DNA of 64,000 nt from Phycisphaerae bacterium (lineage in GTDB: Bacteria; Planctomycetota; Phycisphaerae; UBA1845), in the NCBI GenBank assembly GCA_963666835.2, contig CAXXGO010000001.1, positions 224,001-288,000 of the forward strand. Direction: 5' to 3'. The translations under genes were made by a program, and so were the position numbers. A model generated the notes under the pieces. That model was not told where the DNA came from and ran no database searches. It saw only the letters and a list, made by a program, of their open reading frames with translations. The stretch's first letter is position 1; every line of letters begins with the position of its first letter. This document shows positions 41,736 through 53,121 of the stretch, one piece after another.

Positions 41736-41987
41736 GAAGACCTGTCGCCGCAATGAAGGACGCTACCCACGCCGCGAGTGCCACGCTGGTGCGCACCCAA
41801 CCCCGAACCGCTCGGACTCATTGTATCCGCCCGGCCGACTTATTCCAAGTGCTACTGTCTAGTTATCGGCCAGAGCGGCGTTTTTTGAACACGCGCAATA
41901 TAGGACGAGCGCGGCGGGGCTCCCGGCAGCGTTGTGCAACTTATGCGCAGCGGGCTTTGGGTGGATGAAGGTTTTTCAGCAGAGGAG

Positions 41988-42016
41988 TTGCATCAACGCC
42001 CGTTTCTCCGCATAAT
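41988..42016 (+). promoter_or_regulatory. Sigma70 promoter of tRNA-Ala
   Basis: TTGCAT-17 bp-CATAAT, ending 9 nt before the tRNA. Confidence 0.7.
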
Positions 42017-42025
42017 TCAAGTCGC

Positions 42026-42098
42026 GGGGCCATGGCGCAGTTGGGAGCGCGTCTGCATGGCATGCAGAAGGTCGCGAGTTCGAGTCTCGCTGGCTCCA
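42026..42098 (+). tRNA. tRNA-Ala(GGC); CCA not encoded
   Basis: Cloverleaf with acceptor ggggcca/tggctcc (G3:U70), anticodon stem tctgc/gcaga around loop atGGCat, and T-loop GTTCGAG. Confidence 0.97.
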
Positions 42099-42320
42099 GT
42101 TGGCGGTATCACGTCGTACGGTTCGTAAACCGGTTCGCCTTCGGGGTATCGGTGCGCCCAGGCGGTGGCGAGTGTCCTTGAGGACGAGAAGCCCGCCTCT
42201 GAGGCAAGCTGCGGCACGCTGATCGCGTTTTCGGCATGCAGAAACGACCCCGCTCAGCCGCAGGCCAGGCGGGGTCGTTGTGTCGTTCTCCGATTCCGGC
42301 CGCGGCCGGATCGCGTGCGG

Positions 42321-44375
42321 TTATGGGCAGTTCTGAGGCACGGTTGCCCCGCTCCAGACGTCGTAATCGTGGGCTCCGTTCAGCAGGTCGATCAGCCGGA
42401 GCAGGTCCTGCGAGTCGGCCGATCCGCTACGGTTGATGTCGGCCTCGCGCAACGTGCATGCGGCTCCGTTCAGGCAATCGACAAGGTGACCGATATCGGA
42501 CGAATCGGTGACCATACTCCCATCGGCGTCGCCGGGAAGCGCGAACAAGTAATCAGAATAGGTGGCCGGAAGGTCGCTTGTGTAGGTAACGCGGGTCAGA
42601 GCGCCGGGGGTAATCGGCCGGTCCAGTTGGATGGTGTAGGCGTCCACGCCGTGGTCGATGATCCGGGCGAAGTCGTTCTCCATGCCAGTGTTATCCGTCT
42701 CGCAGAGTGACCAACAGACATCGCGTGCGCCGGAGGGGGCGTCGACCAGAACGGTCGCGATGCCCTGAGGGGTTGTAGCGTCGAAGATCGGGTGCGGTTG
42801 ACCCGGGTCTACGGTGCCGTCTTCCGGGCTCACCCAGGTGACGGAACCATCGAGGCAATCTCCGCAGATATTCGTGCAGAGCACCGCTGCTCCGCAACCG
42901 CTATCGTTGTAGCCCGTTCCGGCACAATACTCGTCCCATCCGTAGCCGGGGTCACAGCATGCCGGATCGCACGAGCACACCTTCGCGCAACACTCGTCGT
43001 CTCCGCAGGCCGGGCGATAGTCGCGTCCCGAGCCCGAATCCGGCTCACAGCAGGACCAATCCGCCGCGTCAGACGGGGGTGTTCCACAAGAATCGAACGC
43101 CATGCCAAGACAGAATGCCAGGTCGTTGACTTCGACGTCGTCCGTATCATAGCCATCCGGCGGAGTTGACGGGATCGGTGGAGTGGCTTCTGGATCGCCG
43201 ATAGTCCCGTCCTGCAGCGACGAGACGTCACCGCCCAAACCCCACCACCAATACCAGGCGTTCAGATTAATGCCGTTGTTGTTGACAATCTCGAGCCAGT
43301 AGCATTGTCCGGCCACTACGGGAACGGCCGCGTGCGTGGCGCAATACTCGAAGATTGGAAACGTGATTCCGGTTCCGGTGTTAACCGGGCCGTCGACCAA
43401 CAGGGTCGGGGTGGTCGCCTCCTGGATAAACGGACCCGCGAGCAGATCGCCGGGCAAACCGTTGTTGTCTTTGTAGTAGCGCACTTCGAACGCGTCGTCA
43501 CTGGGCGTGTCGAGGTGGTAGCCGCCCCACCAGCAGAGGTTCACGATCTCACCGTCGTCCGACGGACTGAAGTCGTCTGCCGCGATCAAGTTCGCAAAAT
43601 CGCTGCCGTTTCCATTGTAGAAGTAAGGCACTTGGCACTGTGGCGCGGCGGGGTACTGTTCGCCCAATGCGTCCCACGCAGAAATAGAGAAGGTCCCGGA
43701 ACCCGGGCTGGCCGGGGGACTCCCTGCGTACGTACCGATGCGCAGAAGATAGCTTCGACCTTCCTGGGCCAAGAACACGACGGTGGATTGGGCGTCGTTA
43801 TCGCTCACGCAAGCGAGGTCGTCGTCATCGCAACCGAGTGGAAAGAGCCTTCCGTCCGTGGGTGGGCAGGTGCAGCCGTTATAGACGGCGATCTTCGTGT
43901 CGATTGTGGTTCCGCCGCAAGTCGATACCTGGACCGCCCCCGTATGATCGGAATCCCAGCAGAACCAAACGTCGTTAGCGATCGCCCCGCTTGTGTCGTA
44001 GTCCACTTGGCAACGGGCGTGCTCCGGGCCGTCTTCCGTGGCACCTATGTTATTGAACGGAAACGCTCCGAGACCAGCGATCGGCGTCGCGTTCGCGCAA
44101 TCATCGTTGACCGGTGCTTCGGTTATCCCGCGGGTTGCCGCAATTGCGCCGCTGCCGGCCGGGCTGGTCTTCTGCCCGGTCGCGACGGTGCTCTTCGTGG
44201 TCGGCGCCACGCCGCGTTGGACGATGCTCCTCTTTGAGGCCGGGAAGTCTACAGTACGTCCGGCGACTACTTCGGAATCCCGGCTGCCGTCTTCGGCGGA
44301 CCACACGGCCGGCACGCTGACGGTAAGCACCAACACGCCGCAGAACCACCTATAACCTGAGAACATGTTTATCAC
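42321..44375 (-). CDS. Secreted Cys-rich protein with a PPC-like beta domain and a C-terminal dockerin-like domain
   Basis: Signal peptide; NDDCANA...DVWF...STCG...DTKIAVY module; CC..VC..DP.CC motif; paired loops GDADGS..DSSD and ADINRSG..DSQD. Confidence 0.75.
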   Translation of the reverse strand: MINMFSGYRWFCGVLVLTVSVPAVWSAEDGSRDSEVVAGRTVDFPASKRSIVQRGVAPTTKSTVATGQKTSPAGSGAIAATRGITEAPVNDDCANATPIAGLGAFPFNNIGATEDGPEHARCQVDYDTSGAIANDVWFCWDSDHTGAVQVSTCGGTTIDTKIAVYNGCTCPPTDGRLFPLGCDDDDLACVSDNDAQSTVVFLAQEGRSYLLRIGTYAGSPPASPGSGTFSISAWDALGEQYPAAPQCQVPYFYNGNGSDFANLIAADDFSPSDDGEIVNLCWWGGYHLDTPSDDAFEVRYYKDNNGLPGDLLAGPFIQEATTPTLLVDGPVNTGTGITFPIFEYCATHAAVPVVAGQCYWLEIVNNNGINLNAWYWWWGLGGDVSSLQDGTIGDPEATPPIPSTPPDGYDTDDVEVNDLAFCLGMAFDSCGTPPSDAADWSCCEPDSGSGRDYRPACGDDECCAKVCSCDPACCDPGYGWDEYCAGTGYNDSGCGAAVLCTNICGDCLDGSVTWVSPEDGTVDPGQPHPIFDATTPQGIATVLVDAPSGARDVCWSLCETDNTGMENDFARIIDHGVDAYTIQLDRPITPGALTRVTYTSDLPATYSDYLFALPGDADGSMVTDSSDIGHLVDCLNGAACTLREADINRSGSADSQDLLRLIDLLNGAHDYDVWSGATVPQNCP

Positions 44376-44887
44376 CTCACTGTGTAAGGGGGGACGGTTG
44401 CCGTGGATTCCGCACTACCGGCGCAGATTCTCCCCTTGGTGCCAGATGAACGCCCCTTCGCGACCCCGCTGCCCCCATGACAGCCCCTCCGAAACCGTCT
44501 GGGTTGATAATAGGTTGCGCATTTGCGCAGACCACATCACACCCAGCATGTAACCAGTATATAAAACGGGCAACCGCCCATCAAATTAGGCAAGAATCGC
44601 CTGCTTGGAGCGGCCCGATAGCGATTTCTAACGGATGTTTTCGCTGGACACCTTAATCGCGAGCGGTATGGCTACGTCATCATTATTAGGGCGTTGGCGC
44701 CGGAGTCGGGTGCGACGGGCGATCGGCGTGGGCCGGGGGGCGGAGGTCCGGTTGGACTGGCGACGATGTTCGCCTATGCTCCGCGTCGCAGGATGAACTT
44801 CGATATTCACGGGCGGTCTTTCGGTCGTCTCAGCGTTGGCGGTCAATCACAGTGACGGGGGCCATCCCCCAACCGAAAGGTGTTCGG

Positions 44888-45783
44888 TGAGTAACCAGGC
44901 AGGTGATCTTCTCAGCAATCGATCGACGTGGGGCGCCCGAGTCCAGATAGCCGTTGCGATTGCCCTGGCGAGCATCTACGCGGTGGTGTTCGTGGCGAGG
45001 CCGGTGAGCTGGTGGCCTGCCGGTTTGCGGCACGTCAACCTCAAAGTGGTCAGGTGGATCTATGAGCACATCAGGGCCGTCTTGGATGCGGTCGGGGTCA
45101 CGGAAGCCCGGCACGAGTGGGAGGCAGGGGCTTTTCTCGTTCTGGTTACCGGGGTCATACCGTTCGTGGTGATGGCGCTGCAGGGGCGGTGGCGTTTGTC
45201 GGAACTGGGTCTGCGTTGCCCCAACCGTGTGGGCTGGAGAGTGGTTTGCGTCGGCTATTTGCTATCGCTGCCGCTTCTGTGGTGGATGGTGCAAAGCCCG
45301 GGGTTTGCGGAATACTACCTGGACCCATTCCGGCAGACGACACCGGCGGCGTTCTTTTCGTTTTATGCGTCGAACATGCTCGGGGAGCATTTCCTTTTCC
45401 ACGGGGTGTTGTTGGCGGCTTGCCGGTATGGACGTCGCTGGCCTGCGCCGGTGCCGATTGCATGCGGTGCCTCCGGACGGATGGGCCGGATTCTGCAATG
45501 GGTTGGGCTTGCTCAACCGACGGGTCAAGCGCGGGGGTTGCCGCGCATCGTCAATTGGCTTGGCTTGGCGCCGGGTTGCCTGCCGGCGATCTGTACGTCT
45601 GCGATTCTGTTCGGCGTGATCCACATCGGGAAGGACCCGCGCGAGATGTTGCTTTCTTTGCCGGGCGGGTTCGCTTTGGCATACATGGCCTACCGCACAA
45701 ACAGTTGGCTGACGCCGCTGATTCTCCACCTGGCCACCGCCGGCACGGCATTTGCGGCGGTTGTGTTGATGCAACAGTCGTAG
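44888..45783 (+). CDS. CPBP (CAAX/Abi) family intramembrane protease-like protein
   Basis: Multiple TMs; GEHFLFHG (EExxxR-like), FGVIH and RTNS...ILH motifs. Start uncertain (44836-44888). Confidence 0.75.
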
Positions 45784-45812
45784 CGGGTCAAGGGCGGCGG
45801 ATTGCACACAAG

Positions 45813-47441
45813 TCAATGCGGGCCGGTGAATTCCGTCGGTGTTTCGCGCCGGCCGGACCCCCAGAGCCCGAGCCCGGCAAACACGACTGCCACCAGCACA
45901 TAGCCGATAGCGATATCATACGCCCGGTACGCCACTGCGTCCGGAGCCGCGGCGACCCAAACGAGCAGATAATCCGCGTTGTTGCCGACCAACTGATATG
46001 AGTGACACAGGCCCAGCACTGTGACCGCGGCACCGACGAGAGACCAAACCGCGGCGCCAATGAACCGCCGATCGATCAGGCATGCGCAGACGGCCGCCAG
46101 CACCATACAGGTGAAGATGTACCCCCGTTCGAGCACGATCAGTCCGTGCAGCAGGAACCCGTTCACTTCGGCTCCGGCTCCCGACTCCAGAAGGGCCTGG
46201 ATCGTCTCTCCCTTCGCGGCGTCGAACGCGCCCATCACCACCGTTGCCCCCCATGCCGCGATTGCGGGGAACAGACCCAGAGCAACGGCGGGAGCGTGCT
46301 TGAGCGGAGAGGCCTGGAACGCCTGCGCGGTGATGATGATGCCGATCCACAGGACGATGGCCATGCCTGCTTCGATGGGAACCATGGTGTCTACCAGGGC
46401 GACCGCGCCGGTCAGGCAGATCCCCGCTACGACCATGCCGTTCAGTGCGGAGTACCCGGTCCGAGCCCCGAGCCCTTTCCATCCGGGATGCCCGATGTAG
46501 ATAGTGGTGGGGAAGCAGCTTCCGAACAGAGCGGCGACTATCGTACCGATTCCGTTGGCGGATAGTGACGATCTTGCGTCATAGCTATCGCCGGCCGCCT
46601 CGGCGGATTCGATGTTCTGCAGGCTGCCGATGACGTTGAAGAGGCCCATTGGCACAATCACCGAGACGAAACGCAGCCACTGCTCGGCCGGGAGCCGAAA
46701 AACGGAAAAAAGAGCGTGGCCGGACCAGACAGGCCAGTGCCATCCGGCTTCACTCCAGGCTTGGCCGACGCTAGCCCAGGCCATGCCGCGCCCCGTCCAT
46801 TCCTGCGGAAGCAGCCACGCCAGCAGGGTACCGAGCAGGATTGCCAGGAAACCGCCGGGAATCCCGAGAGGAAAACGTACACCCGCGAAGTACGTAACCA
46901 GGACCACGGCCATGGGGACCAGGGCGATAAGTGGTCCGGACCAGATCTTGACCACGAAGACCATCGAGATGAACCCGATAGCGATCCCGGCCAGGGTCGA
47001 CAGCAGGGCCGCCCGCGGGGTGCGGCGTCGGATGCTCTCGGCGGCGAAGGCCCCGAGGAATTCGATCACTCCGCTTCCCAAGCAGGCGAGCAATCCCATT
47101 CGCCATGCCAGCTCGGCGTCACCGCTCTCGCGATACACCGGCGCGATTACGAAAAAGACGTACACGAGCAACGACGGCGTGTTGATCCCGTAAGGCAAGG
47201 CGGTAACGTCGGTCCGGCCGTTGCGTGCCGCCATGCGCCGAGCCTGCCAAGTGTAGAAGACGTTTCCTACCAGGATCGAGACGGCCGCTCCGGGCAGAAT
47301 CCGGGCGTACAACAGATATGCGGCATCCCCGCTCATCCCGCACAGCGCGCCACAGAGAGCCACGATGAGCAGGAGCTGAACGAGGTTGTCAACGAAGAGG
47401 CCGAAGAACCCGTCGAGATCTCGCCGAACGAAGAGTGGCAT
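45813..47441 (-). CDS. NCS2-family nucleobase permease-like protein
   Basis: [47 protein letters not shown]; many TMs. Confidence 0.82.
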   Translation of the reverse strand: MPLFVRRDLDGFFGLFVDNLVQLLLIVALCGALCGMSGDAAYLLYARILPGAAVSILVGNVFYTWQARRMAARNGRTDVTALPYGINTPSLLVYVFFVIAPVYRESGDAELAWRMGLLACLGSGVIEFLGAFAAESIRRRTPRAALLSTLAGIAIGFISMVFVVKIWSGPLIALVPMAVVLVTYFAGVRFPLGIPGGFLAILLGTLLAWLLPQEWTGRGMAWASVGQAWSEAGWHWPVWSGHALFSVFRLPAEQWLRFVSVIVPMGLFNVIGSLQNIESAEAAGDSYDARSSLSANGIGTIVAALFGSCFPTTIYIGHPGWKGLGARTGYSALNGMVVAGICLTGAVALVDTMVPIEAGMAIVLWIGIIITAQAFQASPLKHAPAVALGLFPAIAAWGATVVMGAFDAAKGETIQALLESGAGAEVNGFLLHGLIVLERGYIFTCMVLAAVCACLIDRRFIGAAVWSLVGAAVTVLGLCHSYQLVGNNADYLLVWVAAAPDAVAYRAYDIAIGYVLVAVVFAGLGLWGSGRRETPTEFTGPH

Positions 47442-47583
47442 AGTCCCTGGAGCCTAAGCGGCGAGGGCGTTCGTGTCCAGCCGGGGCAGAAAGAGAGAGG
47501 GGAGCGACTCCCCGCAACGCGGGACGCCGCCCCCCTCCTATTTTAATGCCCAGTCCCCAAGAACCGGACGAGGCTATGTGGGC

Positions 47584-50500
47584 TTAACGCGCTTTCTGCG
47601 CGATCAACTGCGAGACCCGCTGCCGGCTGAAGAGGATCTTGCCGGCCGTCAGCAGCAGCAATGCCAGGACCGCCAACCCCCACTCTGACGTCGTGGGAAT
47701 CGCATACACGCAATCCTCTTCGTCGATGACTCCGTCCTCGTTGAAGTCCGATTCAGGATCGCGATGCCCGCATCCGCAAATCCCCGGCACGACCTTGTGG
47801 CGGTCGAGCGGGCACTCCTCCAGGCAGTCGGCCATCCCGTCGAAGTCGCGGTCGATGTCCCAGACCCCACATCCGCAGATTCCCGCCACGATCTTGTTCT
47901 CATCGTTCGGGCAGAGCTCCTGACAGTTTGGAATACCATCACCGTCGGAATCGGCATCCGAGACGCCGCAGCCGCAGATACCCGGACTCGTCTTGTGCGG
48001 ATCGAAGATGCACAGTTCCGCACAGTCGGGCAGTGCATCGCCGTCGGTGTTCGTATCAGGCTGGCCGCACCCGCAGTACCCCGGTGAGGTCTTGTCGGGA
48101 TCGTCCGGGCAACCGTCATTGCAGTCAGCCCTTCCGTCACCGTCGGAATCGGTATCCAGGTTCCCACAGCCGCACTGCCCTGGCTCAACCTTGTCCGGGT
48201 CGTTCGGGCAGTTGTCATTGCAGTCGGCGACGCCATCGTTGTCGGTGTCCGTGTCCAGCACACCGCATCCGCAGATTCCCGGTTCAGTCTTGGCGGGATC
48301 GCTCGGGCAGCCGTCGTTGCAGTCGGCAACGCCGTCCTCGTCCGTATCGGTATCCGCCACACCACAGCCGCAGATGCCGGGATCGACCTTGTCCGGGTCT
48401 TCCAGGCAATTGTCGTTGCAGTCGGCAACGCCGTCCTCGTCGGTATCAGTGTCGGCGACTCCGCAGCCGCAGATTCCCGGCGCGGTCTTGTAGGGGTCAT
48501 CCGGGCAACCGTCGTTGCAGTCGGCAACGCCGTCCTCGTCGGTATCAGTGTCGGCAACCCCGCAGCCACAGATTCCCGGCGCGATCTTGTCAGGATCCTC
48601 CGGACAGCCGTCATTGCAGTCGGCGACGCCATCGCTATCGGTATCGGTGTCGGGAGTCCCGCAGCCGCACTGCCCCGGCTCGACCTTGTCCGGATCCTCC
48701 GGGCAGTTGTCGTTGCAGTCGGCAACGCCGTCATTGTCGGTATCCGTGTCGGCAACTCCGCAGCCACACTGCCCCGGCTCGATCTTATCCGGATCCTCCG
48801 GGCAGGCGTCGTTGCAGTCGGCAACACCGTCGTTGTCGGTGTCGGTATCAGCAACCCCGCAGCCACAGATACCCGGCTCGATCTTATCCGGATCCTCCGG
48901 GCAGCCGTCGTTGCAGTCGGCAACACCGTCGTTGTCGGTGTCCGTGTCGGCGACTCCGCACCCGCAGATTCCCGGTGCGATCTTGTACGGGTCGTCCGGG
49001 CAGCCGTCGTTGCAGTCGGCAGTTCCGTCGTTGTCCGAGTCGGTATCGGCAACTCCGCACCCGCAGATTCCCGGTGCGATCTTGTACGGGTCGTCCGGGC
49101 AGCCGTCGTTGCAGTCGGCAGTTCCGTCGTTGTCCGAGTCGGTATCGGCGACTCCGCAGCCGCAGATTCCCGGCGCGATCTTGTACGGGTCATCCGGGCA
49201 GCCGTCGTTGCAGTCGGCAGTTCCGTCGTTGTCCGAGTCGGTGTCGGCAACTCCGCAACCACAGATTCCCGGCGCGATCTTGTCCGGGTCATCCGGGCAG
49301 CCGTCGTTGCAGTCGGCGGTGCCGTCGTTGTCCGAGTCGGTGTCGGCAACCCCGCAACCACAGATTCCCGGTTCCGTCTTGTTCACGTCGTCCGGGCAGC
49401 CATCGTGGCAATCGGCGGTGCCATCGTTGTCAGAGTCGGTATCGGCAACCCCGCAACCACAGATTCCCGGTTCGGTCTTGTCTGGGTCGTCCGGGCAGCC
49501 ATCGTGGCAATCGGCGACACCGTCGTTGTCGGTGTCGGTATCGGCGACCCCGCAATCACAGATCCCCGGTTCGGTCTTGTTTGGATCGTCCGGGCAGTCG
49601 TCGTTGCAGTCGGCGACGCCGTCGTTGTCAGAGTCGGTGTCGGCAACTCCGCACCCGCAAATACCCGGCTCGGTCTTGTTCGGATCGGCCGGGCAGTTGT
49701 CGTTGCAGTCGGCGACGCCGTCGTTGTCGGAATCGGTATCGGCGACCCCGCAGCCACAGACGCCCGGCTCAGTCTTGTACGGATCGGTCGGGCAACCGTC
49801 ATTACAGTCGAGTGTGCCGTCGTTGTCTGTGTCGACGTCGGGAGTCCCGCAACCGCAGACGCCCGGCTCGGTCTTATTCGGGTCGGTCGGGCAATCGTCG
49901 TTGCAGTCCAACGTGCCGTCGTTGTCCGTATCGTCGTCCGGAGTCCCGCAACCGCAGACGCCCGGCTCGGTCTTATTCGGGTCGGTCGGGCAGTTGTCGT
50001 TGCAGTCGGCCGTGCCGTCGTTATCCGAATCCGTATCGGCGATCCCACAGCCGCACTGTCCCGGTTCGGTTTTGTCCGGATCGGTCGGGCAGTTGTCGTT
50101 GCAGTCCAACGTGCCGTCGTTGTCCGTATCGTCGTCCGGAGTTCCGCAACCGCAGACACCCGGCTCGATCTTGTTCGGGTCGTCCGGGCAATTGTCGTCG
50201 CAGTCCGGCGTACCATCGTTATCCGTATCGGTGTCGGCGACGCCGCAGCCGCACAGGCCCGGCTCGATCTTATTGGGATCGTTCGGGCAGTTGTCGTTGC
50301 AGTCCGGAGTGCCGTCGTTGTCCGTATCCGTATCCGCTACGCCACAACCGCAGATGCCCGGCTCAATCTTGTCCGGATCTTCTGGGCAGTTGTCGTTGCA
50401 GTCCAACGTTCCGTCGTTGTCCGTATCGTCGTCGGGAGTTCCGCAACCGCAGACACCCGGCTCGATCTTGTTCGGATCGTTCGGGCAGTTGTCATTGCAG

Positions 50501-53121
50501 TCCAAGGTCCCGTCGTTGTCCGTGTCGTCGTCCGGAGTTCCGCAACCGCAGACACCCGGCTCGATCTTGTTCGGATCGGTCGGGCAGTTGTCGTTGCAGT
50601 CCAGCGTCCCGTCGTTGTCCGTGTCGTCGTCCGGAGTTCCGCAACCGCAGACACCCGGCTCGGTCTTGTTCGGATCGTTCGGGCAGTTGTCGTTGCAGTC
50701 CAGCGTCCCGTCGTTGTCCGTGTCAGTGTCCGGAGTTCCGCAACCGCAGACGCCCGGCTCGGTCTTGTTCGGATCGTTCGGGCAGTTGTCGTTACAGTCG
50801 GCAGTGCCGTCGTTATCCGTATCAGTGTCGGGAGTTCCGCAACCGCAGACGCCCGGGGCGGTCTTGTTCGGATCGGTCGGGCACTCGTCGACACAGTCCG
50901 GTGTGCCGTCACCGTCATCGTCTTCGTCCGCCACGCCGCAACCGCAGACGCCCGGGGCGATCTTGTTCGGATCGTTAGGGCACAGGTCGTTGCAGTTAGG
51001 CACGCCGTCGTTATCCGTGTCGGTATCCAGGGTGCCACACCCGCAGATTCCCGGTTCGGTCTTGTTCGGATCGTTCGGGCAGTTGTCATTGCAGTCCGGA
51101 GTGCCGTCAGCATCCGTATCCGTATCCGCTACACCACAGCCGCAGATGCCCGGCTCGGTCTTGTCCGGATCGCTCGGGCAGTTGTCGTTGCAGTCGGCCG
51201 TACCGTCGCTGTCGGTGTCAGTGTCGGGCACACCACAACCGCACTGTCCCGGTTCGGTCTTGTCCGGATCGGTGGGGCACCCGTCATTGCAGTCGAGCAC
51301 GGTGTCGGCATCCGTATCCACATCGGCCACACCGCAGCCGCAGACTCCCGGCTCAGTCTTGTCCGGATCGTTCGGGCAGTTGTCGTCGCAGTCGGCCGTA
51401 CCGTCGCTGTCGGAGTCGGTATCGGCCACGCCGCAGCCGCAGATGCCCGGCTCGGTCTTGGCCGGATCGCTCGGGCAGCCGTCGTTGCAGTCGGCCGTGC
51501 CGTCGCTGTCGGAGTCAGTATCGGCCACCCCGCAGCCACAGATGCCCGGCTCGGTCTTGGCCGGATCGCCGGGGCAGTTGTCATTGCAGTCGGCGGTACC
51601 GTCCCCATCGGAGTCGTCGTCGGCCACGCCGCATCCGCAGATGCCCGGCTCGGTCTTGTACGGATCGGTGGGGCACCCGTCATTGCAGTCGAGCACGGTG
51701 TCGGCATCCGTATCCACATCGGCCACCCCGCAACCGCAAACACCCGGCTCGGTCTTGTCCGGATCGGTCGGGCAGTTGTCGTTACAGTCGGCAGTACCGT
51801 CGCTGTCGGTGTCGGTATCAGCCACACCGCAGCCGCAGATGCCTGGTTCCGTCTTGTCCGGGTCGTTCACGCAGCCGTCGTTGCAGTCGGCGGTGCCATC
51901 GCTGTCCGTGTCGGTGTCGGCGACGCCACAGCCACAGACGCCCGGTTCCGTCTTGTCCGGATCGGTCGGGCAGTTGTCGTTGCAGTCGGCAGTGCCATCG
52001 TTGTCTGTATCAGTGTCGGGGGTCCCGCATCCGCAGATGCCCGGCGCGGTCTTGGCCGGATCGCTCGGGCAGCCGTCGTTGCAGTCGGCGGTGCCGTCGC
52101 TGTCGGTGTCGGTGTCAGCTACACCACACCCGCAGATTCCCGGCTCCGTCTTGTCCGGGTCGGTCGGGCAGTTGTCGTTGCAGTCGGCGGTGCCGTCGCT
52201 GTCGGAATCGGTATCGGCTACGCCACATCCGCAGACGCCCGGAGCGGTCTTGTCAGGATCGGCCGGGCAGCCGTCGTTGCAGTCGGCGACGCCGTCGTCG
52301 TCGGAATCGGTATCGGCTACGCCACATCCGCAGACGCCCGGAGCGGTCTTGTCAGGATCGGCCGGGCAGCCGTCGTTGCAGTCGGCGACGCCGTCGTCGT
52401 CGGAATCGGTATCGGCTACGCCACATCCGCAGACGCCCGGAGCGGTCTTGTCAGGATCGGCCGGGCAGCCGTCGTTGCAGTCGGCAGTGCCGTCGCTGTC
52501 GGAATCAGTGTCCGCCACTCCACACCCGCAGACACCCGGTGCGATCTTGTCGGGGTCAGCCGGGCAACCGTCGTTACAGTCGGCGGTGCCGTCGCTATCG
52601 GAATCGGTATCCGCCACCCCGCATCCGCAGACACCCGGTGCGATTTTATATGGATCGTCCGGGCAGCCGTCGTTGCAGTCGGCAGTACCGTCGGTGTCGG
52701 AATCGGTATCCGCAATTCCGCATCCGCAGATACCCGGTTCGGTTTTGTTGGGATCATTCGGGCAACCGTCGTTGCAGTCCGCGGTGCCATCGGTATCGGT
52801 GTCGGTGTCTGCGATTCCGCATCCGCAGATGCCGGGCTCGATCTTATCCGGATCGTCCGGGCAGCCGTCGTTGCAGTCGGCGGTGCCATCGCTGTCGGAA
52901 TCGGTATCCGCCACCCCGCATCCGCAGACGCCCGGAGCGGTCTTGTCAGGATCAGCCGGGCAGCCGTCGTTGCAGTCGGCAGTGCCGTCGCTGTCGGAAT
53001 CGGTATCGGCAACGCCGCAACCGCAGATGCCCGGAGCGATCTTGTCGGGATCAGCCGGGCAGCCGTCGTTGCAGTCGGCGGTGCCGTCACTGTCGGAATC
53101 GGTATATCCCGGCCACCCCGC
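47584..53121 (-). CDS. Giant TSP3-like Cys/Asp repeat surface protein, C-terminal part with IPTL-CTERM signal
   Basis: 33-aa repeats DTDxDGxADCNDxCPxDPxKxxPGxCGCG; ends IPTTSEWG + TM + basic residues. Same frame as the 53122-54093 ORF. Confidence 0.8.
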   Translation of the reverse strand, partial: AGWPGYTDSDSDGTADCNDGCPADPDKIAPGICGCGVADTDSDSDGTADCNDGCPADPDKTAPGVCGCGVADTDSDSDGTADCNDGCPDDPDKIEPGICGCGIADTDTDTDGTADCNDGCPNDPNKTEPGICGCGIADTDSDTDGTADCNDGCPDDPYKIAPGVCGCGVADTDSDSDGTADCNDGCPADPDKIAPGVCGCGVADTDSDSDGTADCNDGCPADPDKTAPGVCGCGVADTDSDDDGVADCNDGCPADPDKTAPGVCGCGVADTDSDDDGVADCNDGCPADPDKTAPGVCGCGVADTDSDSDGTADCNDNCPTDPDKTEPGICGCGVADTDTDSDGTADCNDGCPSDPAKTAPGICGCGTPDTDTDNDGTADCNDNCPTDPDKTEPGVCGCGVADTDTDSDGTADCNDGCVNDPDKTEPGICGCGVADTDTDSDGTADCNDNCPTDPDKTEPGVCGCGVADVDTDADTVLDCNDGCPTDPYKTEPGICGCGVADDDSDGDGTADCNDNCPGDPAKTEPGICGCGVADTDSDSDGTADCNDGCPSDPAKTEPGICGCGVADTDSDSDGTADCDDNCPNDPDKTEPGVCGCGVADVDTDADTVLDCNDGCPTDPDKTEPGQCGCGVPDTDTDSDGTADCNDNCPSDPDKTEPGICGCGVADTDTDADGTPDCNDNCPNDPNKTEPGICGCGTLDTDTDNDGVPNCNDLCPNDPNKIAPGVCGCGVADEDDDGDGTPDCVDECPTDPNKTAPGVCGCGTPDTDTDNDGTADCNDNCPNDPNKTEPGVCGCGTPDTDTDNDGTLDCNDNCPNDPNKTEPGVCGCGTPDDDTDNDGTLDCNDNCPTDPNKIEPGVCGCGTPDDDTDNDGTLDCNDNCPNDPNKIEPGVCGCGTPDDDTDNDGTLDCNDNCPEDPDKIEPGICGCGVADTDTDNDGTPDCNDNCPNDPNKIEPGLCGCGVADTDTDNDGTPDCDDNCPDDPNKIEPGVCGCGTPDDDTDNDGTLDCNDNCPTDPDKTEPGQCGCGIADTDSDNDGTADCNDNCPTDPNKTEPGVCGCGTPDDDTDNDGTLDCNDDCPTDPNKTEPGVCGCGTPDVDTDNDGTLDCNDGCPTDPYKTEPGVCGCGVADTDSDNDGVADCNDNCPADPNKTEPGICGCGVADTDSDNDGVADCNDDCPDDPNKTEPGICDCGVADTDTDNDGVADCHDGCPDDPDKTEPGICGCGVADTDSDNDGTADCHDGCPDDVNKTEPGICGCGVADTDSDNDGTADCNDGCPDDPDKIAPGICGCGVADTDSDNDGTADCNDGCPDDPYKIAPGICGCGVADTDSDNDGTADCNDGCPDDPYKIAPGICGCGVADTDSDNDGTADCNDGCPDDPYKIAPGICGCGVADTDTDNDGVADCNDGCPEDPDKIEPGICGCGVADTDTDNDGVADCNDACPEDPDKIEPGQCGCGVADTDTDNDGVADCNDNCPEDPDKVEPGQCGCGTPDTDTDSDGVADCNDGCPEDPDKIAPGICGCGVADTDTDEDGVADCNDGCPDDPYKTAPGICGCGVADTDTDEDGVADCNDNCLEDPDKVDPGICGCGVADTDTDEDGVADCNDGCPSDPAKTEPGICGCGVLDTDTDNDGVADCNDNCPNDPDKVEPGQCGCGNLDTDSDGDGRADCNDGCPDDPDKTSPGYCGCGQPDTNTDGDALPDCAELCIFDPHKTSPGICGCGVSDADSDGDGIPNCQELCPNDENKIVAGICGCGVWDIDRDFDGMADCLEECPLDRHKVVPGICGCGHRDPESDFNEDGVIDEEDCVYAIPTTSEWGLAVLALLLLTAGKILFSRQRVSQLIAQKAR

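Noticed and set aside
36582..42098. Integron, prophage or tRNA-integrated island driven by the tyrosine recombinase
   Set aside because: The protein looks like housekeeping XerD with no IntI insertion. I saw no attC sites, no duplicated tRNA 3' end and no phage genes.
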